A DNA stretch of 64,000 nucleotides from Erysipelotrichaceae bacterium (lineage in GTDB: Bacteria; Bacillota_I; Bacilli_A; Erysipelotrichales; Erysipelotrichaceae). Positions 10,201-21,237 of this stretch are shown one piece after another (position 1 is the stretch's first letter; each line of letters opens with the position of its first letter). The stretch lies in the NCBI GenBank assembly GCA_017539105.1, contig JAFYHQ010000045.1:54320-118319 (forward strand), read 5' to 3'. The notes under the pieces are model-generated. The model saw only the letters and a program-made list of their open reading frames with translations, searched no databases and was not told the DNA's origin. The translations under genes and the position numbers were made by a program.

Positions 10201-11417
10201 AAGAAGAGATTACCCGTGATATTCCGAACGTCCAGGAAGGCGCATGCCGTAATCTGGACAGCCGCGGTATCGTCATGGTCGGTGCCGAGGTCAAGGAGGG
10301 AGATATCCTGGTCGGAAAGGTCACGCCAAAGGGTCAGTCCGATGCTTCTCCGGAAGAAAAGCTGTTACTTGCGATCTTCGGTGAGAAATCACACGAAGTC
10401 AGAGATAATTCCTTAAGAGTTCCTCATGGCGGAGCAGGTATCGTTCAGTCCATCAGAGTGTTTAAGCGTTCTGAAGGCTACGAACTGGGTCCGGGCGTGA
10501 CGGAAGTCATCAAGGTCTATGTCGTACAGAAGCGTAAGATTTCTGAAGGCGATAAGATGGCAGGAAGACATGGCAACAAGGGTGTCATTTCCAAGATCCT
10601 GCCGATCGAAGATATGCCGTTCATGCCTGATGGAACGCCGATCGACATCATGTTGAATCCGTTCGGTGTGCCTTCACGTATGAATATCGGACAGGTCCTG
10701 GAGATCCACCTTGGCATGGCTGCCAAAGCGTTAAGCGAAAAGACAGGCCAGCCGGTGAAATTCGCGACCCCGGTCTTCGATGGTATCACCAATGAAGAAC
10801 TGACGCAGATCATGGAAGAAGCGCAGACATCCATGGATGGCAAGATCGTATTGCGTGACGGCAAGACGGGAGAACCTTACGATGAGCGTATCTCCGTCGG
10901 TGTCATGTATATGATCAAGCTGGCGCACATGGTCGACGATAAGCTGCATGCCCGTGCGACAGGTCCGTATTCCCTGGTGACGCAGCAGCCGTTAGGCGGT
11001 AAAGCGCAGAATGGCGGCCAGCGTTTCGGTGAGATGGAGGTCTGGGCACTGGAAGCATATGGCGCCGCTCATACGCTGGAAGAGATCCTGACGGTCAAAT
11101 CCGATGATATCAATGGCCGTACCAAGACTTATGATGCGATCATCAAAGGCAAGAGGATCCCTGAACCTGGCATTCCGGAATCTTTCAATGTCTTGAAGAA
11201 TGAACTTCAGGCTTTGGCATTGGATGTACGGATGCTGGATGAAGAAGGGAATGAGGTCAGCATCTCACGTTCCGATGAAGATGAGCGCGACGTAGAAAAA
11301 GCGCGCGAAGCCGTAACCGTAGAGGATAGTGCCGATCTGACAGTGAGAGATTCGCTGGATGACGACATGACGCCTGAAGCGATGGCAGGCTTCGACGATT
11401 ATACAGGGGAGGAGTAA
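7263..11417 (+). CDS. rpoB: DNA-directed RNA polymerase subunit beta (1384 aa, with a lineage-specific insertion)
   Basis: Universal beta-subunit motifs are present ([56 protein letters not shown]). Confidence 0.97.
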   Translation: MKQTYKTLNSGKHSTRRDYSKVSGNLELPNLVEVQTDSFKWFITKGIKEVFDDIYPIQNYSGNIRLKLLNYEFGEPKYSVAETKYREEDYRAPLKANMELEIIDEATGQVSVKREEVFLGDFPMMTPTGTFIINGAERVIVSQIVRSPGAYFDSQTDDKTNKETFSGELIPSRGTWLEFLTDDKKNALGRIMNMSVDRKRKILSTILLKCIGFALNLEDNENNFDVTRAKTFLEALGLEIHEDLINQNDDREYLNIYEAIYTSFLGAYEEISYTLQADKTKTMDAALLEMHKNQKQDEVPTVEGAANLMNAKFFDEKKYDLTSAGRYKLRRKLSVVDRIENHILAQDVCTAEGKVIYKEGTLIEKAQRNVLREELAKGSHVEAFPFRHMFSHPTIVEVPSNHKAALKGRVLANDIDLSDRTYMMGTVLTEDDVKRIAKEVSTVRIYSGIVAREVPLNSKNYRAVMDYGQRFFVLGRLTDKHSEDVKVDEEQAMPYYLPDHDTYILTTDKEEAIKARVDKGEQITAWLVGTACQVVNIYNPKDNASKIRLIGIDPLNDKRCITMSDMLAFYNYMFTLLDGVGYTDDIDMLGNRRIRTVGELIQNQFRIGLSRMEKAVKEKMSITEVENATPKTLTNNRPLSGAIREFFSSSQLSQFMDQQNPLAELTNKRRISALGPGGLTRERAGFEVRDVHNSHYGRICPIETPEGQNIGLISYLTTYAKINEYGFIQTPYRKVDKKGNVSEDYVYLSADDENDYIIAQANEVIDGKLVHDQVVSRKAGETILANREDVELADVSPKQVVSVAAACIPFLENDDASRALMGANMQRQAVPLLNPHAPYVGTGIESKIARDSGTGLISAHEGTVTYVDANTITITSKDGEKHDYALEKFARSNAGTCINHRPIVVDGDEVKVGDIIADGPSMDDGELSLGQNVTIAFMTWHGYNYEDAIIMSERMVKDDVYTSIHIDEYSIEKRKTKLGEEEITRDIPNVQEGACRNLDSRGIVMVGAEVKEGDILVGKVTPKGQSDASPEEKLLLAIFGEKSHEVRDNSLRVPHGGAGIVQSIRVFKRSEGYELGPGVTEVIKVYVVQKRKISEGDKMAGRHGNKGVISKILPIEDMPFMPDGTPIDIMLNPFGVPSRMNIGQVLEIHLGMAAKALSEKTGQPVKFATPVFDGITNEELTQIMEEAQTSMDGKIVLRDGKTGEPYDERISVGVMYMIKLAHMVDDKLHARATGPYSLVTQQPLGGKAQNGGQRFGEMEVWALEAYGAAHTLEEILTVKSDDINGRTKTYDAIIKGKRIPEPGIPESFNVLKNELQALALDVRMLDEEGNEVSISRSDEDERDVEKAREAVTVEDSADLTVRDSLDDDMTPEAMAGFDDYTGEE

Positions 11418-11419
11418 GC

Positions 11420-14400
11420 ATGGCAACGAATAAATTCGATAAAATCAGAGTCAGTTTAGCATCTCCTGAGCGTATCCTGGAGTGGTCTCATGGCGAAGTC
11501 ACAAAGCCTGAGACGATCAACTACCGCAGCCAGAAACCGGAACGCGATGGTCTTTTCTGCGAAAGGATCTTCGGTCCGACCAAAGACTGGGAATGTTACT
11601 GCGGCAAGTATAAGAAAGTCAGATACAAGGGTGTCGTCTGCGACCGTTGCGGTGTCGAAATCACCAAGTCTTCGGTCCGTAGGGAACGGATGGGCCATAT
11701 CGCATTGGCTGCTCCTGTCGCCCATATCTGGTATCTGAAAGGCATTCCTTCGAGAATGGGCCTGGTACTCAATGTATCGCCTAAGATCCTCGAGGAAGTC
11801 GTCTACTTCGTTACCTGGATCGTTACCGATCCGGGCAAGACAGAACTGGAATACAAGCAGCCTCTGTCGGAACTCGAAGTCAGAAACTATGAAGCTCTTT
11901 ATGGCAAAGACGCGTTCAAGGCACAGACCGGCGCGGAAGCGATCCGGACACTGCTGGAACAGGTCGATGTCGTAAAAGAAAAAGAAAACATCACCAAGGA
12001 GCTGGAAAAGGCTTCCGGTGATGACAAGCGCAAGAAGCTGATCAAACGTCTGGAAACGATCAATGCGTTCGTGGAATCAGGCAACAAACCGCAGTGGATG
12101 GTTCTTACCGTTCTGCCGGTCATTCCGCCTGATCTGAGACCGATGCTGCAGCTGGATGGCGGACGTTTCGCGACCTCCGACCTGAATGACCTGTACCGTC
12201 GTGTCATTACCCGTAACAATCGTCTGAAGAAACTTCTGGAAATCGGTACGCCTAGTATCATCGTCCAGAACGAAAAACGTATGTTGCAGGAAGCCGTGGA
12301 TGCGCTGATCGATAACGGCAGAAGAGGCAACCCGGTCAAGGGTTCCGCCAACCGTCCGTTGAAGTCGCTGTCTCATTCTTTAAAGGGAAAACAGGGACGT
12401 TTCAGACAGAACCTCTTAGGAAAACGTGTCGACTTCTCAGGCCGTTCCGTTATCGCGGTCGGGCCGGATCTCAAGATGTATCAGTGCGGCATTCCTAGAG
12501 AAATGGCGATTCAGCTCTACAAGCCATTTGTGATCAACGAACTGGTCAACCAGAAGATCGTTCAGTCCTCGAAACTGGCCGAAAAGATGATCGACCGTTC
12601 CGATCCGCAGATCTGGGATGTTCTGGAAGAAATCATGGACAACCATCCGGTCTTCCTGAACCGTGCGCCTACATTGCACAGGCTGGGTATCCAGGCATTC
12701 AAACCGAAACTGGTCGAAGGCCGTGCGATCCGTCTGCATCCATTGGTATGTACGGCATTCAACGCCGACTTCGATGGCGACCAGATGGCAGTGCACCTTC
12801 CATTGTCAGAAAGAGCCCGTGCGGAAGCCGAGATTCTGATGATGGCCTCCAACAACATCCTTGGTCCGAAAGATGGCAAACCGATCGTTACGCCTTCGCA
12901 GGATATGGTCCTGGGAAACTTCTACCTGAATATGGAAGAGACTGCCGAGGAATTCTATGAGAAAGCCGACGCGATCGAAGCGCTCGGAGACACGGAGACA
13001 GCAGCCATGTGGCGCCGTTTCGGTGACAACGAGAGCCATGTCTACAAAGACTACAACGAAGCCGTCATGGCTTACAACGACAAGCAGGTCCATCTGCATA
13101 CCCGTATCGCGATTCCTGCTGCTTCGTTGCACAAAACCTGTTTCACAGAAGAAGAGAACGGAAAATATCTGATCACTACGATCGGCAAGCTGATCTTCAA
13201 CGATCAGTTCCCGGCCGATTTCCCTTACATCAATGAAGTCGAAGGAGATTCTTTAAAGAGAACGCCTGACAAGTATTTCGTTGATTACGGAACAGATATC
13301 AAGTCCTTCATCAAGAATCAGCCGATCGCTCCGGAATTTACGAAGAAATGTCTGTCTAAAGTCATTGCGGAAGTCTTCGCAAGATACAAGACGGAAGGAT
13401 CTTCCGGCATTCTGGATTCGATCAAAGACTTAGGTTTCGAATATTCGACCGTTGCCGGTATGACGATTTCCCTGGCGGATATCAATGTCGCACCGAACAA
13501 ACAGAAATATGTCGATGAAGCAAAATCGAAAGCCGATGTCCTTCAGACCCTGCTGAAACGTGGCCAGCTGACGCTCCCGGAATGGGAAAAACATTTCTCC
13601 AAACTGTGGGCAGATACGACCAACGCGATCGGTGATGACGTCATGAACAACCTTCAGCGTAAATCCCCAATCAACATGTCCAGCGTTTCCGGAGCCCGTG
13701 GTAATAAATCGAATATCACACAGCTCTCTGGCATGCGTGGTCTGATGGGCAGACCGACGCAGTCCAAATCCAAGAAAGAGTATCAGCCTTCGATCATCGA
13801 GGTCCCAATCTATTCTTCTTTCCGTGAAGGACTGAACGTATCCGAATTCTTTATCTCGACCCATGGCGTCCGTAAAGGTCTGACCGATACCGCTTTGAAG
13901 ACAGCCGAATCCGGCTATCTGACCAGAAGACTGGTTGACGTCGCTCAGGATGTCATGATCATGCAGGAAGACTGCCAGACCCGCAAGGGCTACTATGTCG
14001 AGGATATCATCGACCAGAAGGATAATTCCCGCATCGAGAGTTTCTATGACCGTATCGTGGGACGTTATTCCAAAGATGAACTGACCGATCCGAAGACTGG
14101 AGAAGTCATCGTCGGTCAGGATGAATTCATCGATGAAGCGGTTGCGGAAAAGATCATCGCAGCTGGCTACAAGGGTATGAATATCCGTAACTCCTTCACC
14201 TGCGAATGCACCGATGGCATCTGCCGCAAGTGCTATGGCCGCAATATGGCGACCGGCAAGCTGGTGGAAGCAGGCGAAGCAGTCGGTATCATGGCTGCAC
14301 AGTCTATCGGCGAACCTGGCACACAGCTGACCATGCGTACCTTCCACTCGGGCGGTGTCGCAAACGCTGATGATGATATCACCCAGGGTCTCCCGCGTGT

Positions 14401-15265
14401 CGAAGAACTGTTCGAAGCGCGTTGTCCGAAACATCCTGCCGTTCTGGCTAAGATCAGCGGTACCGTTACATCGATCGAAGAAGCGGATGATCACTCCGTG
14501 ACCATCGATATCACAAACGATACCGAAACCATCACTCATAAGCTGGGCATCTCCCAGACCAAGAGAGACTGGATCAACGTTGGTACGGAAGTGCAGGCAG
14601 GCGATAAGCTAACCGAAGGCAATGTCGATCCGAAAGAACTGCTGGCGATCGCAGGCGTGAATGCGGTTCAGAACTATATTCTGAAAGAAGTCAAGAAAGT
14701 CTACGCCGTCACAGGTATCGATATTTCCGACAAACACGTCGAAGTCATCATCAAGCAGATGCTGAAGAAGGTCATCATTACCGAATCCGGCGATTCCGAT
14801 TATTCTGTCGGACAGACGGTTTCGCAGAAGAAGATCAACGAAGTACTCAACCAGCTGCTTCAGGAAAACAAGAAGCCGGTGAAATTCGCGCCATTGCTGA
14901 TGGGTATCTCGAAATCATCCGTTGAAACCGATTCCTTCCTGTCGGCCGCAAGCTTCCAGGAAACGACAAAAGTCCTGACGGATGCTGCCGTCAACGGCAA
15001 GACCGATAACCTCTTCGGTATCAAGGAAAACGTCATTATCGGTAAACTGATTCCTGCCGGAACGGGTTCCCGTTTCGAAAGAGAAACGACCTCCCTGATC
15101 GATCAGAGAGCCGCAGAGCTTGAAGAGATCAGAGAAGAAAAACTCCTTGCTGCGCAAGAAGAAAAAGAAGCTGCTTTGCCAAGCGAACTGACCGGAGATA
15201 TCGATGATATTCTAGGTATCGAACCTGAAGTATCTGTCGAACCGGCAGAAGAAGATCAGCAGTAA
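11420..15265 (+). CDS. rpoC: DNA-directed RNA polymerase subunit beta'
   Basis: Zn-finger [20 protein letters not shown], catalytic [12 protein letters not shown] and trigger-loop/bridge-helix regions are present. It starts 3 nt after rpoB. Confidence 0.97.
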   Translation: MATNKFDKIRVSLASPERILEWSHGEVTKPETINYRSQKPERDGLFCERIFGPTKDWECYCGKYKKVRYKGVVCDRCGVEITKSSVRRERMGHIALAAPVAHIWYLKGIPSRMGLVLNVSPKILEEVVYFVTWIVTDPGKTELEYKQPLSELEVRNYEALYGKDAFKAQTGAEAIRTLLEQVDVVKEKENITKELEKASGDDKRKKLIKRLETINAFVESGNKPQWMVLTVLPVIPPDLRPMLQLDGGRFATSDLNDLYRRVITRNNRLKKLLEIGTPSIIVQNEKRMLQEAVDALIDNGRRGNPVKGSANRPLKSLSHSLKGKQGRFRQNLLGKRVDFSGRSVIAVGPDLKMYQCGIPREMAIQLYKPFVINELVNQKIVQSSKLAEKMIDRSDPQIWDVLEEIMDNHPVFLNRAPTLHRLGIQAFKPKLVEGRAIRLHPLVCTAFNADFDGDQMAVHLPLSERARAEAEILMMASNNILGPKDGKPIVTPSQDMVLGNFYLNMEETAEEFYEKADAIEALGDTETAAMWRRFGDNESHVYKDYNEAVMAYNDKQVHLHTRIAIPAASLHKTCFTEEENGKYLITTIGKLIFNDQFPADFPYINEVEGDSLKRTPDKYFVDYGTDIKSFIKNQPIAPEFTKKCLSKVIAEVFARYKTEGSSGILDSIKDLGFEYSTVAGMTISLADINVAPNKQKYVDEAKSKADVLQTLLKRGQLTLPEWEKHFSKLWADTTNAIGDDVMNNLQRKSPINMSSVSGARGNKSNITQLSGMRGLMGRPTQSKSKKEYQPSIIEVPIYSSFREGLNVSEFFISTHGVRKGLTDTALKTAESGYLTRRLVDVAQDVMIMQEDCQTRKGYYVEDIIDQKDNSRIESFYDRIVGRYSKDELTDPKTGEVIVGQDEFIDEAVAEKIIAAGYKGMNIRNSFTCECTDGICRKCYGRNMATGKLVEAGEAVGIMAAQSIGEPGTQLTMRTFHSGGVANADDDITQGLPRVEELFEARCPKHPAVLAKISGTVTSIEEADDHSVTIDITNDTETITHKLGISQTKRDWINVGTEVQAGDKLTEGNVDPKELLAIAGVNAVQNYILKEVKKVYAVTGIDISDKHVEVIIKQMLKKVIITESGDSDYSVGQTVSQKKINEVLNQLLQENKKPVKFAPLLMGISKSSVETDSFLSAASFQETTKVLTDAAVNGKTDNLFGIKENVIIGKLIPAGTGSRFERETTSLIDQRAAELEEIREEKLLAAQEEKEAALPSELTGDIDDILGIEPEVSVEPAEEDQQ

Positions 15266-15284
15266 GCAGTCTGTCATTCAAATA

Positions 15285-15320
15285 AAATGGTCATCTCAAT
15301 GAGATGACCATTTTTCTTTT
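15285..15320. terminator. Bidirectional rho-independent terminator shared by rpoC (+) and the convergent NlpC/P60 gene (-)
   Basis: An 11-bp perfect stem ATGGTCATCTC/GAGATGACCAT with a 3-nt loop, flanked by T-runs on both strands. Confidence 0.7.
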
Positions 15321-16719
15321 ACCACATTTCCGTATAGTTTCCGTCTGCGAGATATTCATCGTCCATCAGCATGAAATACGTGAACGCATCGTCTCCCAGT
15401 TCATTGAATGATTCGACTTTGCGTTCGTATCTGCGGACCTTCGTTCCTGTCCGGATCGTATCAGCGATCCAGATGTAGTCCTCCTCGATACCGATCACGA
15501 TTCCCACATGACCCGTAAAGCCGCATAAGTCGCCGCATCTGATCCGATCCGACTGCAGCAGTTCATCAGTGATGTTTACTCTTTCTCCCAGCATCGACAT
15601 GCCATAGGAACCGGGACCGCCCGCTCCCATATCGCCGAAATCGTATCCGGCATTGTAGTAGCACCAAGATACGAAACCGCCGCAATCCAAACCGTTCGGA
15701 CGCTTCATCAGATACAGGTTCGTACCGATATCGGAAACCACCAGTCCGCCATCGAGATATTCTTCATCCCGGGAATGATCCTCGGTCGTATCTTCTTTGA
15801 AGTACTGTCCCCAGTATTTCGGACCCAGGATGCTGGCGACAATGTCATCATATTTCTCTTCGCTCAGATAGAAACCCTTGTGATAGTATCTTCCCTCGCC
15901 ATCGCTGCGACGGGAATCCACCGTATTATCCAGTTTTCCGGTTTCCGCAAAGTATGCCAGACGATAAGGAAACTGCAAAGCCAGGAAGCGCGCTGCCGCA
16001 ACGACGCCAGCTCTGGTCTGATAGCCTGCTTCATCGATTTTCATCTCCAGGACCTGATCCAGTTTCCGGTTCCCTTCGTAATCGCAGATCGTTTCATGCA
16101 AGATCGGCTTGTTCATGGAATCGGTATCGATGAGCGTATAGAGATCAGTCACTTCGATATTGATGCTATCGCTGATCCCTTTTGAACTGACCGTGATCGT
16201 GGCAGTACCGACAGAATTGGTAATGATCTTGTTTTCCCTGATGAATGCGACATTCTGATCAGATGAGGAGAACTTCAGGTCTTCATCCTGACCGAAGGTC
16301 AGAAGATCGCAATTCAGTTCCAGTTCTTCTCCGATCGGATAGAACGGATACTTCAGTTCCTCAAGATGGATCGACAGGGTCGAGTTGATGATCGATTCCG
16401 AATCGATCGTTTTTCCCATTGCGTCTTTCACATGGATATAGTACGTTCCTGCTTCGATCGCATATGTCTGATTCGGATCATATGGCGCAAAGTCTGTGCC
16501 GTTATCGCTGATGGCGTCATGATCCAGAGCGACGGAAAAACTGCGCTTCAGTAGGCTTTTGTCTTCGATAGATATGCGGACAGTCGCGGAAGCATCGTCA
16601 TGATCAAGCACTTCGTAGCCGATGATTGGCTTGCTTAAAAGATTGAATAAAAAGAACAGGGATAACCCTATCAGCAGAAGCAGTATAAACAGCAGGATAA
16701 CGATCTTTCTTTTTTTCAT
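15319..16719 (-). CDS. Membrane-anchored NlpC/P60-family cell-wall hydrolase with an Ig-like (Big_2-type) domain
   Basis: N-terminal KKRK + hydrophobic anchor; Ig-like segment (ATITVSSKGISDSINIEV); C-terminal papain-like catalytic motifs DCGGFVSWCYYNAGY (Cys) and GHVGIVIG (His). Confidence 0.7.
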   Translation of the reverse strand: MKKRKIVILLFILLLLIGLSLFFLFNLLSKPIIGYEVLDHDDASATVRISIEDKSLLKRSFSVALDHDAISDNGTDFAPYDPNQTYAIEAGTYYIHVKDAMGKTIDSESIINSTLSIHLEELKYPFYPIGEELELNCDLLTFGQDEDLKFSSSDQNVAFIRENKIITNSVGTATITVSSKGISDSINIEVTDLYTLIDTDSMNKPILHETICDYEGNRKLDQVLEMKIDEAGYQTRAGVVAAARFLALQFPYRLAYFAETGKLDNTVDSRRSDGEGRYYHKGFYLSEEKYDDIVASILGPKYWGQYFKEDTTEDHSRDEEYLDGGLVVSDIGTNLYLMKRPNGLDCGGFVSWCYYNAGYDFGDMGAGGPGSYGMSMLGERVNITDELLQSDRIRCGDLCGFTGHVGIVIGIEEDYIWIADTIRTGTKVRRYERKVESFNELGDDAFTYFMLMDDEYLADGNYTEMW

Positions 16720-16814
16720 AAACCTGAGATAAGTATAACATACTCTCGGTTCAATTTATGGTACTATGAATGCGGACGCCGTTGCGTATGAAACGGTTAT
16801 ACAAGGAGGCAGAT

Positions 16815-18275
16815 ATGGGTTGTACGACGATACTTGCAGGCAGGAATGCCACTTATGATGGATCAACGATGATTGCCAGAAATGATGATGGACGTTTTGA
16901 TGTGAAGAAAATGATCGTGGTCGATCCAAAGAAGCAGCCGAAACACTACCGGAGCAAGATCTCGCATCTCAAGATCGAACTTCCTGAGAATCCGATGCGT
17001 TATACCGCGACTCCAAGCGTCGATCCGAAAAACGGCATCTGGGCTGCGAATGGCATCAATGAGGCAAACGTCGGAATGACCGCGACCGAAACGATCACTT
17101 CCAATGCTTTGGTACTGGGCGCGGATCCTTATGTCGTCTATAAAGAAAAGAAAGGCAGACAGAAAGAAGAAATCGGCGGTCTCGGGGAAGAAGACCTGGT
17201 CGTGCTGGTTCTTCCTTATGTTCATAGCGCAAGAGAAGCGGTTCTCCGTTTAGGTTCTTTATTGGAACAGTATGGAACCTATGAACCCAACGGCATCGCT
17301 TTCAATGATGAAAAAGAATGCTGGTGGCTGGAAACGATCGGCGGACATCACTGGATCGCAAAGAGAGTCAAGGATGACGAGTATGTCATGATGCCGAATC
17401 AGTTTGGCATGGACCGTTTCGATCTGAATGATGCCTTCGGGGATCAGAAGGAACATCTTTGCAGCGCCGATCTGAGAGAATTCATCAGAGACAATCATCT
17501 GGATCTCAACAGGGATGGCGTCTTCAATCCGCGTTATGTCTTCGGTTCGCATTCCGATGCCGATCATGTATACAACACACCGCGCGCCTGGTTTATCGGA
17601 CGCTATTTCAATCCGAATACCTTCAAATGGGACGGAGAAAATGCCGATTTCACACCGGAAAGCGATGACATCCCATGGTCCATGGTTCCGGAAAAGAAGA
17701 TCACTGTGGAAGATATCAAATATATCCTTTCTTCCTATTATCAGGGAACGCCATACAATCCTTACCAGAAAGCCGAGGATCCAAAGAAGGGCATCTATCG
17801 TCCGATCGGTATCAGCCGTACGGGAGTCATGGCTGTGCTGCAGATCCGTGGCTATATGCCTGATCCTTTGAAAGGGGTGGAATGGGTCTGCTTCGGCGCC
17901 AATCCGTTCAATACGGTCGTACCGGTCTATGCGCAGGCTGAAAGGATGCCGAAATATCTGAGCGATGTCACGTTGGATGTATCCACGGAGAACTTCTACT
18001 GGGCTTCCCGTATCATCGGGGCAATGGCGGATCCGTATTTCGGTTCCATGATCCAGCATATCGAACGCTACCAGATGTCCGTCGCTTCCAAGGGACATAA
18101 ACTGATCAACGAGTATGACCGCAAGATGATGGAACAGAATGATTATTCGCTCATCGAAGAAGCGAACGAGAAGATCTGTGCCATGTGCAAGGAAGAAACG
18201 CTCAAAGCATTAAACAACGTACTGCATGAAGCGAGCCTGCAGATGAAATGCGGCTATTCCAGGGCAGATAATTGA
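16815..18275 (+). CDS. C69-family dipeptidase (Ntn Cys hydrolase)
   Basis: MGCTTILAGRNATYDGSTMIARNDD: the nucleophile Cys directly follows the Met. RBS AAGGAGG precedes the ATG at 16815; the listed ORF start at 16770 is an upstream extension. Confidence 0.85.
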   Translation: MGCTTILAGRNATYDGSTMIARNDDGRFDVKKMIVVDPKKQPKHYRSKISHLKIELPENPMRYTATPSVDPKNGIWAANGINEANVGMTATETITSNALVLGADPYVVYKEKKGRQKEEIGGLGEEDLVVLVLPYVHSAREAVLRLGSLLEQYGTYEPNGIAFNDEKECWWLETIGGHHWIAKRVKDDEYVMMPNQFGMDRFDLNDAFGDQKEHLCSADLREFIRDNHLDLNRDGVFNPRYVFGSHSDADHVYNTPRAWFIGRYFNPNTFKWDGENADFTPESDDIPWSMVPEKKITVEDIKYILSSYYQGTPYNPYQKAEDPKKGIYRPIGISRTGVMAVLQIRGYMPDPLKGVEWVCFGANPFNTVVPVYAQAERMPKYLSDVTLDVSTENFYWASRIIGAMADPYFGSMIQHIERYQMSVASKGHKLINEYDRKMMEQNDYSLIEEANEKICAMCKEETLKALNNVLHEASLQMKCGYSRADN

Positions 18276-18344
18276 TCTGAAAATATTTTCAATGCAAATG
18301 TAAATATAGACATATTTGTGTAAGAAACAGTCATGGAATCATTG

Positions 18345-18605
18345 TTTTTTGAGGAATTATATCTTAAAATAGAGAAAAGCTGTGAACAGAAGAGTAGCTT
18401 GATCGGATAGCGTAGAGAATCTTTGGCTGGTGAAAAAAGATGTGGATGATCAGGGGAAGATGGTCTGGGAGCTGCCGGTCCGATATGAAGGCCGGACGCA
18501 TGCCTGCGTTACAGGGCCAGGATATGTCTGTATCCGATGAGGTGCTTTTGCACGAAATAAGGTGGTAACACGATGATAAGTCGTCCTTAGGGGCGGCTTT
18601 TTTGT
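18345..18605 (+). promoter_or_regulatory. Candidate T-box leader (Met specifier?) ending in a terminator hairpin, upstream of metQ
   Basis: A ~440-nt 5' UTR contains an AGAGAA/AGUAG (AG-box-like) region, a possible AUG specifier context (AAAGAUGUGG), a GCGUUA F-box-like element and AAAUAAGGUGGUAACACG (10/12 to the T-box core GGUGGUACCGCG). A 7-bp hairpin GUCGUCC-UUAG-GGGCGGC followed by U6 sits at 18580-18604. Confidence 0.4.
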
Positions 18606-18721
18606 TTCAGGGGGTACATATGAATAAGAAAGTGAAAGAGGTGATCGGCTTGCGTTTCAGCGCAGGCGCGACAATGTGCAATATCATCGTCATCAAGTAA
18701 CAATAAGAAGGGAGAAAAACA

Positions 18722-19561
18722 ATGAAGAAAATCGTTACATTACTGTTTGTTTTACTGCTGCTCTGCGCTTGCGGAAACGGCGGTTCCGGATCAGGCGATA
18801 CGCCTGAGGAAGATAAGACGATCACGGTCGGAGTGAACCCGGTTCCTCATGCCGAAATTCTGGAGAAAGCGGTCAAGCCTGTGCTCGAAGCTCAAGGCTG
18901 GAAACTGGAAGTCGTGGTCTATCAGGACTATGTATTGCCAAATGAAAACCTGGTGGCAGGAGAACTGGATGCCAACTATTTCCAGACTCTGGGCTACATG
19001 AATGGACAGAATGAATCCCATGGCTGGACGCTGACTGCCATCAAGGGCGTGCATATCGAACCGATGGGACTTTATTCCGAGAAATACACGAGTGCTGCCG
19101 ATATCCCGGATGGCGCATATATTTCCGTTCCAAACGATGAAGACAACCGGACCAGAGCGTTGGAATTTCTGATTGCGAATGGTTTCCTGAACCCTGTGGA
19201 AGGAGAGCTGTCAGGCGATACCCTGAACGGCAATGCCGAGGCGAATCCGCATGGCTATCTGATCGTCGAACTGGAAGCTGCGCAATTGCCTCTTGCACTG
19301 GCCGATGTGGATGCATCCGTCATTAATGGAAACTATGCGTTAGGCGCAGGTCTTCCTGCGACCCATCCGGCACTGCTGGTAGAAAGCTTCGATGCGGAAA
19401 CCACGATCCGTCGCACCAACTTTATTGTCGTACTGGAAGGAAACGAGAAATCAGAAAAGATACAGGCGTTGGTCGATGCGATCACTTCGGATGCGGTAGC
19501 GAAGTATATCGAAGATACCTACAAAGGTGCGGTCATCACTTCTTTTGTCGATCCGCAGTAA
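18722..19561 (+). CDS. metQ: Methionine ABC transporter substrate-binding lipoprotein (NlpA/MetQ family)
   Basis: Lipoprotein signal LLLLCACGNG followed by the MetQ fold (TITVGVNPVPHAEILE...). Confidence 0.85.
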   Translation: MKKIVTLLFVLLLLCACGNGGSGSGDTPEEDKTITVGVNPVPHAEILEKAVKPVLEAQGWKLEVVVYQDYVLPNENLVAGELDANYFQTLGYMNGQNESHGWTLTAIKGVHIEPMGLYSEKYTSAADIPDGAYISVPNDEDNRTRALEFLIANGFLNPVEGELSGDTLNGNAEANPHGYLIVELEAAQLPLALADVDASVINGNYALGAGLPATHPALLVESFDAETTIRRTNFIVVLEGNEKSEKIQALVDAITSDAVAKYIEDTYKGAVITSFVDPQ

Positions 19562-19583
19562 TCGATAGAAACAGCTGATACTT

Positions 19584-19620
19584 AGAGATGTTCCGTCTTT
19601 TCTGAACATCTCTCTTTCTT
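19584..19620 (+). terminator. Hairpin + T-rich tract between metQ and metN (partial terminator or attenuator)
   Basis: AGAGATGTTC...GAACATCTCT is a 10-bp stem with a 10-nt loop, followed by CTTTCTT. Confidence 0.35.
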
Positions 19621-19631
19621 AGAGGTCAGAT

Positions 19632-20600
19632 ATGATAAAACTGGAAAACGTATGTAAAGATTTCGGAGATCTCAAGGTCCTTAAAGATATTACGCTTGAG
19701 ATCGCAGATCACGAGATCTATGGAATCATCGGACAGAGCGGCGCAGGGAAGTCGACGCTTTTGCGATGCATCAATGGTTTGGAAGAATATCAGTCCGGTC
19801 ACATCTATGTCGATGACGTGGAAGTGTCCGCAAAGGATACAAAGCAGCTGCATCTTCTGCAGAAGAAGATGGGCATGATCTTTCAGAATTTCAATCTGCT
19901 GGAACGTCTGGATGTCTATGACAACGTGGCGCTGCCGATGAAATTCTGGGGCATCAATACCCATACGCCCGAAGCGCAGGCAAAGATCAAGGAACTGATT
20001 TCGCTGGTCGGGCTGCAGGATAAGATGCATGTCCGTCCGAAGGAACTTTCCGGCGGGCAAAAGCAGAGAGTGGCGATAGCAAGGGCGCTGGTTCTTGATC
20101 CGCAGATCCTCTTATGCGATGAAGCGACCTCCGCCTTGGATCCGGCCATCACCAGAGAGATTCTGGCCCTGCTTCAAGAGATCAACAGGAATCTGGGCAT
20201 CACCATCATCGTCGTGACACACCAGATGGAAGTCGTGAAACAGATCTGTGAAAAAGTCGCTTTCATCAAAGAAGGAAGAGTCCTGGCCATAGGAAAACCG
20301 GAAGAACTGTTCATCCGCCCGACCAGGGACATCAAAGCCTTCCTGCATGAAGACAGCGAACTGCTGCCGGACAACGGATTGAATATCCAGCTCTTCTTTA
20401 CCGACGAAAGCTCGGACGAACCTGTCATCTCCCAGATGGCCAGAAAGCTGGATATCGATTTCTCTATTTCCTGGGCAAAACTTGAGGACTTCCGTTCCAA
20501 TGTGTACGGTTCGCTGGTAATCACGATAAATGAAGAAGATAAAGACAAAGTTCTGGATTATCTGGATTCGGTCAATGTCTTATGGGAGGTTTTGGACTGA
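19632..20600 (+). CDS. metN: Methionine ABC transporter ATP-binding protein with a C-terminal NIL/ACT-like regulatory domain
   Basis: Walker A GQSGAGKST, signature LSGGQKQR, Walker B LLCDEATSALD. Confidence 0.9.
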   Translation: MIKLENVCKDFGDLKVLKDITLEIADHEIYGIIGQSGAGKSTLLRCINGLEEYQSGHIYVDDVEVSAKDTKQLHLLQKKMGMIFQNFNLLERLDVYDNVALPMKFWGINTHTPEAQAKIKELISLVGLQDKMHVRPKELSGGQKQRVAIARALVLDPQILLCDEATSALDPAITREILALLQEINRNLGITIIVVTHQMEVVKQICEKVAFIKEGRVLAIGKPEELFIRPTRDIKAFLHEDSELLPDNGLNIQLFFTDESSDEPVISQMARKLDIDFSISWAKLEDFRSNVYGSLVITINEEDKDKVLDYLDSVNVLWEVLD

Positions 20601-20601
20601 T

Positions 20602-21237
20602 ATGATGGATATTATTCTGAATGCAAGCAGGCAAACTCTGTATATGGTCTTCTGGTCGACATTGTTTTCTGTCATCCTTGGCTTTATTCCTGCCATCATC
20701 CTGACATTGACGGCTCCGGATGGCCTGCGTCCCAACAAGATCGTGTATGAGACATTGTCTTTGCTTGTGAACATCTTCCGTTCGTTTCCTTTCATCATAT
20801 TGCTGGTGATCATCATTCCATTTACCAGATTGGTGGCTGGAAAAGCGATCGGTACCAGAGCGGCCATCGTTCCTTTGACCGTTTCGGCGATTCCTTACAT
20901 CGCCAGGATTTTCGAGACCAGTCTTCGCGAGACTGATCCCGGAGTCATCGAAGCGGCACGCTCATTCGGCGCTTCCGATCTGCAGATCCTGTTCCGTGTC
21001 TATATCAAAGAGTCGATCCCGAGAATGTTGAATGGAGTGATCCTGCTGATCATCTCGCTGGTTGGTTATTCAGCCATGGCAGGCACCGTAGGCGGAGGAG
21101 GCATCGGCGATCTGGCGATCCGTTACGGCTATCAGCAGTACAAGACGGAATACCTTCTGGTCTGTTCGATCATCCTGATCGTTTTCGTTCAGCTCGTACA
21201 GATGCTGGGAAACTATCTGTATAAGAGGCTATCCTAG
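20602..21237 (+). CDS. metI: Methionine ABC transporter permease
   Basis: The EAA-like loop (EAARSFGASDLQILFRVY) is present. The ATG at 20602 follows the metN stop; the listed ORF start at 20530 overlaps metN. Confidence 0.85.
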   Translation: MMDIILNASRQTLYMVFWSTLFSVILGFIPAIILTLTAPDGLRPNKIVYETLSLLVNIFRSFPFIILLVIIIPFTRLVAGKAIGTRAAIVPLTVSAIPYIARIFETSLRETDPGVIEAARSFGASDLQILFRVYIKESIPRMLNGVILLIISLVGYSAMAGTVGGGGIGDLAIRYGYQQYKTEYLLVCSIILIVFVQLVQMLGNYLYKRLS

